From assembly GCA_947624975.1 (NCBI GenBank), contig CANQMP010000002.1, positions 22,878 to 86,877 on the forward strand: a stretch of DNA of 64,000 nt, written 5' to 3'. The position numbers and the translations under genes are program-made. Positions 59,451 to 64,000 of the stretch are shown in pieces. The notes under the pieces were generated by a model. The model made no database searches. It had not been told where the DNA came from and saw nothing but the letters and a program-made list of their open reading frames with translations. Each line of letters starts with the position of its first letter. The stretch's first letter is position 1. The DNA comes from Candidatus Gastranaerophilales bacterium. Lineage in GTDB: Bacteria > Cyanobacteriota > Vampirovibrionia > Gastranaerophilales > Gastranaerophilaceae.

Positions 59451-60181
59451 AGGCTAAAGTTAAAATTCAGGATAATAACGAGTTCATCGTTAAAATAATT
59501 TTCGGGAAAAGGTTTAAACGGTACCGCAGAATTGATAGCGTTTCCCGCATTGTTATCCAATTCTTTTATTTTTGAGGATTTTAGGACTCTGCATTTTTTA
59601 ACCGTTCCGTCTGAAGCGACAGTCAGGGCAATTTGTACGAGCAAATCTTTTTTACCTTTGGCAAGTACGTCGATTTGTTTTCTCGGCGGAACTTTCCAGG
59701 CTTTATAAACTTTTTCTCTGACTTCTTTTGCGTAAGGTTCATAATCAACGTATTTTCCGTCAGCCCCGAAGATAAACGACCGATTATCCGACACGAATAT
59801 TTGTACCGCACGAAGGTTTCCTGACGGGTAGTCGTACATTATACGGCATTTTTGCAGTTCGGGCTTGCGAAATGCGATGTATTTAAGTTCGTTTGTATCG
59901 TTGTCATAAATAAGCTCAGCACCGCTCATTTTAACGTAATGATAAGCTTTGCTCTGCGTGCCGTCATCGGGAATAAGCGTAAAATCGTGGTAATATTTCG
60001 GATACTTATATGTTTTAATACTCGGTTTAACCGTGTTAAATATTACCGATAAAGTTTCGTTAACCTTTTCATACTCGGCACTTTGTGATTCCTTTAATAA
60101 TTGCGGTTTAATTTTTTCCGCACAAAGCGACGGCATACCCGTAAATATCAATAATAAACACAGTAAAAGGATTTTCTTCAT
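59447..60181 (-). CDS. Exported protein with TonB C-terminal domain
   Basis: Signal peptide; W..P, V..DG.V....V.KSS...LD..A..AI..A.PF.PFP. Confidence 0.75.
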   Translation of the reverse strand: MKKILLLCLLLIFTGMPSLCAEKIKPQLLKESQSAEYEKVNETLSVIFNTVKPSIKTYKYPKYYHDFTLIPDDGTQSKAYHYVKMSGAELIYDNDTNELKYIAFRKPELQKCRIMYDYPSGNLRAVQIFVSDNRSFIFGADGKYVDYEPYAKEVREKVYKAWKVPPRKQIDVLAKGKKDLLVQIALTVASDGTVKKCRVLKSSKIKELDNNAGNAINSAVPFKPFPENYFNDELVIILNFNFSL

Positions 60182-60234
60182 AGAGAAATTGTACCATAAA
60201 AATTACAATATGTAAAAAATCGCCCCCAAAAGTT

Positions 60235-60262
60235 TAAAGTTTTTGGTATTAAATGCCGTTAT
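60235..60262 (+). promoter_or_regulatory. Putative sigma28-like promoter
   Basis: TAAAGTTT-N12-GCCGTTAT, versus sigma28 consensus TAAAGTTT-N11-GCCGATAA. Confidence 0.55.
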
Positions 60263-60312
60263 TTGACTTATTCATAAAAAACATTAAAAAAAATCATGAG
60301 AGGTCTAGGGAT

Positions 60313-60798
60313 ATGTCGTCAATAAGTTCAATACATGTTCAATCGTCGGCGTTTTCATCCTGCAAGGGTGAAGAACTTAGTGTTACGACAAAAATGCGTC
60401 TTGAAGCACTGGGTATAGACCCGTCATCGGTTACATCGGAGGCACAGGCACAAATTATAATTGCACAAGCCGAAGCTTCTCAACGTCAGAATAATTCAGG
60501 TAAACAGCAAGGAGGTAATACATCACAACAGCAGTTGATCTTTGAGGCAAAAGAACTTGCACGAAAAACAGGCACTTTTGTTTCAGAGCAGGATACGTTA
60601 GATGATATGCTGGACAAAATTTCTAAAAAATTAAATTCGCTTGCACAAAATCCGCAAAACGCAGAAAAGGTTCAAAGCTATCAATCGGAACTGTTAAGCC
60701 TCGCTCAAAGAGCCAATGTCGCTGTACAAATACAAGAGAATATTTTTAACACGATGGATATGATATCTGTCAGCAATAAACTTATATTGGGTTTATAA
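60313..60798 (+). CDS. Hypothetical Ser/Gln-rich helical protein
   Basis: MSSISSIHVQSSAF...LEALGIDPSSVTSEAQAQ; start at 60313 preferred over 60253 because of the purine-rich SD-like stretch before it. Confidence 0.7.
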   Translation: MSSISSIHVQSSAFSSCKGEELSVTTKMRLEALGIDPSSVTSEAQAQIIIAQAEASQRQNNSGKQQGGNTSQQQLIFEAKELARKTGTFVSEQDTLDDMLDKISKKLNSLAQNPQNAEKVQSYQSELLSLAQRANVAVQIQENIFNTMDMISVSNKLILGL

Positions 60799-60810
60799 AT
60801 TTTATCAGAC

Positions 60811-60850
60811 AAAAAAATGCAGACCTTCAAATTTGAGGGTCTGATTTTTT
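60811..60850 (+). terminator. Intrinsic terminator
   Basis: CAGACCTTCAA-AT-TTGAGGGTCTG flanked by A- and T-runs. Confidence 0.75.
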
Positions 60851-60933
60851 ATAAATAATTCTCATAAATATCCTCACGGGCAGTAAAATTTCTCTTTATA
60901 TTCAAAAAGAATATTTTTGAAAAGAGGATTTTT

Positions 60934-63090
60934 ATGAGAAAAATTTTTATATTATCGGGAATTTTGCTTTATTTAATCAGCCCCGTATTATCGGAAGAAC
61001 TTTTAAAACAGCAGTCAAAGTATCCTGATTACGGCTATATGTACCTCGGTGCGGATAAATATGAAAAGTTAAACAGAAAAATGTTTAATTTTAATTTGGG
61101 TTTAAACAAATATGCCATTAGACCCGTTCATATTCTCTGGGCGTCTGTTATGCCCGAATACGGAATAGAACGAATTCAAAGTGCTTACCGAAATATTGAA
61201 TATCCGAAAAGACTTATGAGCAGCCTTATTCAAAAGGATTTCAAAACTTCAAAAAATGAAACGATAAGGTTTTTAACGAACACAACTCTCGGACTTGGCG
61301 GAATGTTTGACCCTGCAAAGAGATTTTTAAAAATTGAACCGTCAAGTGAGGATATGGAGCAGGCTTTGACAAAATGCAAATGTAATCAAGGACCTTATAT
61401 CGTACTTCCCGTAATGTCAGGTACTACAACCCGTGCTATTGCGGGAAAACTCCTCGATACTTCACTAAATCCGACAACTTACGTTGCAACACCTGTTCTT
61501 GCGATGGTAAAGGCGGGTTTGACGGTTAACAGAACTTCTTACATTCAGCCGTTAATCAAAATGATTGAATCGACTTACGCAGACCCTTACGAAATCGCCC
61601 GCAAAATGTACGGACTTAACAATTACATTAAATCCGAAAACTATGACAGAAAAGAGATTTTTGATACATCAGAAAGTACCGATTTGCCTGATAATCCCGA
61701 ACTTGTCGAAAACAATTTGAATAACAGGGAAGAAAGTTCCGACAATGACGATTTAACCGTGGCAGATATTATCAAGGGCGGAGCTAATATTGATAACATT
61801 TTATTAAAAAGTTATAACGCAAACAATTCACGACTTATGGCGGATATGATTTTGTACGATTATAATCCGCAGTCGCCCGTTGTTGATTCAATGAGAACGG
61901 CTCTTTTCGACCTGCCTGAAATAGATAAATCTTTTTGGAACGAACTCTCAATTTGGAACAGAAGTTTTGCAAAACAAATAAAAACGTCCTCGGTATCGGT
62001 AACGCCTGATAAAGAGGAATATAAATTCAGATACATAATGCAAAAGGATAAAAATTCTCCGCTTGCGATAATTTATCCCTCAATAGGTGAAGGTATTCAA
62101 TCACATCATTCCGTTGTTATGGCAAAACTCTTTTACGATGCGGGATATTCGGTCGTAATTCAGGGAAGTCATTTTCAGTGGGAATTTGTGAAAAGTATGC
62201 CCGATGATTACAAACCCGGAATTCCGTCCCGTGATGCGGATTATCTGCTATCCGTTACATCGAAAATTATTTCTCAGCTTGAAGATAAATACGGTTGCAA
62301 ATTTCCGTCAAAGACATTTTTGGGGACTTCTTTCGGTGCAATGGCGGCACTGTTTGTTGCAGATAAAGAATACAAAAATAATACGCTCGGAAATACAAAA
62401 TATATCTCAATTTGCCCGCCCATAAATCTTTTGTACGCTATGGAGCAGGTTGATAAAAACAGTGAAGAATGGAGTCATCTGGATAATTTAAAAGAGCAGG
62501 CGGCACAAACTGCCTCAAAAGTCGTTCAGCTCACCGATATGAAAGATGAAAACAAAGATTTTCATATCGGTACTTTACCTTTCACGGATGAAGAAGGTAA
62601 ACTTATAACCGGATTTATTATGCACCAAAAACTTTCTGATTTAATTTTTACGCTTGAAAAAACTCCGAAAAATAAGTCAACCGATATTTACCAGACGATT
62701 AATAACATGAATTACAAAGACTATGCACAAAAATACCTGCTCTCCGACGGAAATAAAACATTCGATGAGCTTGAGGATGAAACGAATCTTTTATCGGTTT
62801 CGGATTATTTGAAAAATGCTTCAAATTATAAAATTTACCATTCACTTGACGATTATTTGGTAAATCAAAATTTGCTCAAAAAACTTAAAATCTGCACGGG
62901 TAAAAAGACGACTTTGCTGAGTAACGGTGCACATTTAGGGTTTATGTACACACCAGAATTTCTTGAAGATTTCAAAAAAGAAATTTCGCTCACAAAAGAA
63001 ACTGATTTACAGCAGAATTTGAGTTCCGATGATAATTCTGTGGCTGTCCTGCCCGTTTTCCCTGTCGCAGAAAACGTAATTAAGGATTAA
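60934..63090 (+). CDS. mlaA: MlaA/VacJ-family protein fused to an alpha/beta hydrolase domain
   Basis: D.YEKLNRKMFNFN, RFLTNTTLGLGGMFDPA, GPYIVLPV.G.TT.R (MlaA); GTSFG, DDYL, GAHLG (hydrolase triad). Confidence 0.75.
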   Translation: MRKIFILSGILLYLISPVLSEELLKQQSKYPDYGYMYLGADKYEKLNRKMFNFNLGLNKYAIRPVHILWASVMPEYGIERIQSAYRNIEYPKRLMSSLIQKDFKTSKNETIRFLTNTTLGLGGMFDPAKRFLKIEPSSEDMEQALTKCKCNQGPYIVLPVMSGTTTRAIAGKLLDTSLNPTTYVATPVLAMVKAGLTVNRTSYIQPLIKMIESTYADPYEIARKMYGLNNYIKSENYDRKEIFDTSESTDLPDNPELVENNLNNREESSDNDDLTVADIIKGGANIDNILLKSYNANNSRLMADMILYDYNPQSPVVDSMRTALFDLPEIDKSFWNELSIWNRSFAKQIKTSSVSVTPDKEEYKFRYIMQKDKNSPLAIIYPSIGEGIQSHHSVVMAKLFYDAGYSVVIQGSHFQWEFVKSMPDDYKPGIPSRDADYLLSVTSKIISQLEDKYGCKFPSKTFLGTSFGAMAALFVADKEYKNNTLGNTKYISICPPINLLYAMEQVDKNSEEWSHLDNLKEQAAQTASKVVQLTDMKDENKDFHIGTLPFTDEEGKLITGFIMHQKLSDLIFTLEKTPKNKSTDIYQTINNMNYKDYAQKYLLSDGNKTFDELEDETNLLSVSDYLKNASNYKIYHSLDDYLVNQNLLKKLKICTGKKTTLLSNGAHLGFMYTPEFLEDFKKEISLTKETDLQQNLSSDDNSVAVLPVFPVAENVIKD

Positions 63091-64000
63091 ACGCAAAGCC
63101 TGACCTTTGAGAAAGTAATTTAATCCGACAGTGTATTCTCTGCTTTTGTTGTTTGCTATATCTCTGTTCGGGTCAAATTGGTCGTAGCGTGCGAGAATAT
63201 GAAGTCTTTTGGTTAATCGGTAAGAAAGTGTCGTATAAAAGCCCGCTGCTTTGTCGGTACTTCTGTATGTGCCGTTGTAACCGTCTGCAATTTGATATTC
63301 AAAATCAGCTTTAAATTTTTTGTAGGCGTAACTTGCATAAGCACTTGCGACAGTGTAATCAGTTTTGTTATGACCTGCGTTTAACCCGCCTCCGATAACA
63401 AAGTTTCCGTATTTGCCGTCCGTTTTTCCTAGCGGTTTAAGGTTTACCCAGCCCGTAAATTCAACTCCGGGGAAGAAATCTTTAAAATATCTTTGCGAAC
63501 TGTTAAACGCCAAACTGTAATCGGCAAGCGAGTAATCGCCCACGACTCTTACGCCTAAAGCCCTTGTGTTTCCGAAATTACGGGCAATTTGCGAACGCAT
63601 TGCAAACGGCAATACAAAAGAACTCATTCCTCCTTCAAAACCGATCTGATTACGTGAATTTCCGATTATAACTTTGTGATGCGGAATTTTCGTGGACATT
63701 ATGTAGGCATCAGTTACCAAACCTTGCAGATAACTTCTGTTTTCACCTTTTTTAAAGTTTAATTGCAGCTTAAAATCAGTGTCTTTGTCATTAAAATCAC
63801 CGATAACACCTGCGGTTAAAAATCCCGTGTCGTAAGCCGTATCATAATCACTTCCTGTGAAATCGAATTTCATATTGCCTTGATAGCCTGCATAGAATTG
63901 CATTCTGTCGATCGGGCCTTTTTTAAAATCGTGTGTTAGTTCTTCTTTCAGCAAAAACGAAGGTATGGAAGTTCTTTCGAGTTTTTTTTGATAAATCCGT
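63007..64000 (-). CDS. Outer-membrane porin-like protein (OprO/OprP-like; 5' end beyond window)
   Basis: Alternating beta-strand pattern, [25 protein letters not shown]; frame stays open to the window edge. Confidence 0.75.
   Translation of the reverse strand, partial: RIYQKKLERTSIPSFLLKEELTHDFKKGPIDRMQFYAGYQGNMKFDFTGSDYDTAYDTGFLTAGVIGDFNDKDTDFKLQLNFKKGENRSYLQGLVTDAYIMSTKIPHHKVIIGNSRNQIGFEGGMSSFVLPFAMRSQIARNFGNTRALGVRVVGDYSLADYSLAFNSSQRYFKDFFPGVEFTGWVNLKPLGKTDGKYGNFVIGGGLNAGHNKTDYTVASAYASYAYKKFKADFEYQIADGYNGTYRSTDKAAGFYTTLSYRLTKRLHILARYDQFDPNRDIANNKSREYTVGLNYFLKGQALRLILNYVFCDRENGQDSHRIIIGTQILL

Overview
AT-rich, densely packed bacterial chromosome segment. Protein style (cyanobacterial-like ClpC N-domains, repeated 'AFTLAEVLITL' prepilin-like genes, an 'MGMAASQARLL' protein) suggests a non-photosynthetic cyanobacterial relative such as Melainabacteria/Gastranaerophilales; this is inference and was not tested. 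Most of the window is housekeeping: nadD/yqeK, def/fmt/aroH, queE, uvrB, tilS/hpt, ruvX, lgt, miaA, pgi, an RND efflux triad, proC, rpmH/rnpA, tRNA-fMet, leuC, rfbABCD, ROK kinase and ispF. The best candidates for undescribed biology are five. (1) Three dispersed type IV prepilin-like genes each carry a homopolymer in the leader. One is out of frame at G13, one is out of frame at A7 behind a poly-C uORF, and one is in frame at A8, which fits a phase-variable pilin repertoire. (2) A modular family of palindromic REP-like elements forms seven mosaics, mostly around accessory genes, including ~120-bp direct repeats bracketing an EDR1/transglutaminase-like gene. (3) An identically spaced sigma28-like motif (TAAAGTTTTTG-N10-CCGT) lies upstream of two uncharacterised proteins that look like export substrates, and the window has a FliA-like sigma factor. 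(4) A six-repeat Clp-N-only protein and a stand-alone ClpX zinc finger sit in one gene run. (5) Several enzymes look degenerate (HerA-like, PurD-like, CpaF-like), and there is an MlaA-hydrolase fusion. No CRISPR array, transposase, integrase or rRNA was seen. All family assignments come from motif recognition by eye, without database searches.
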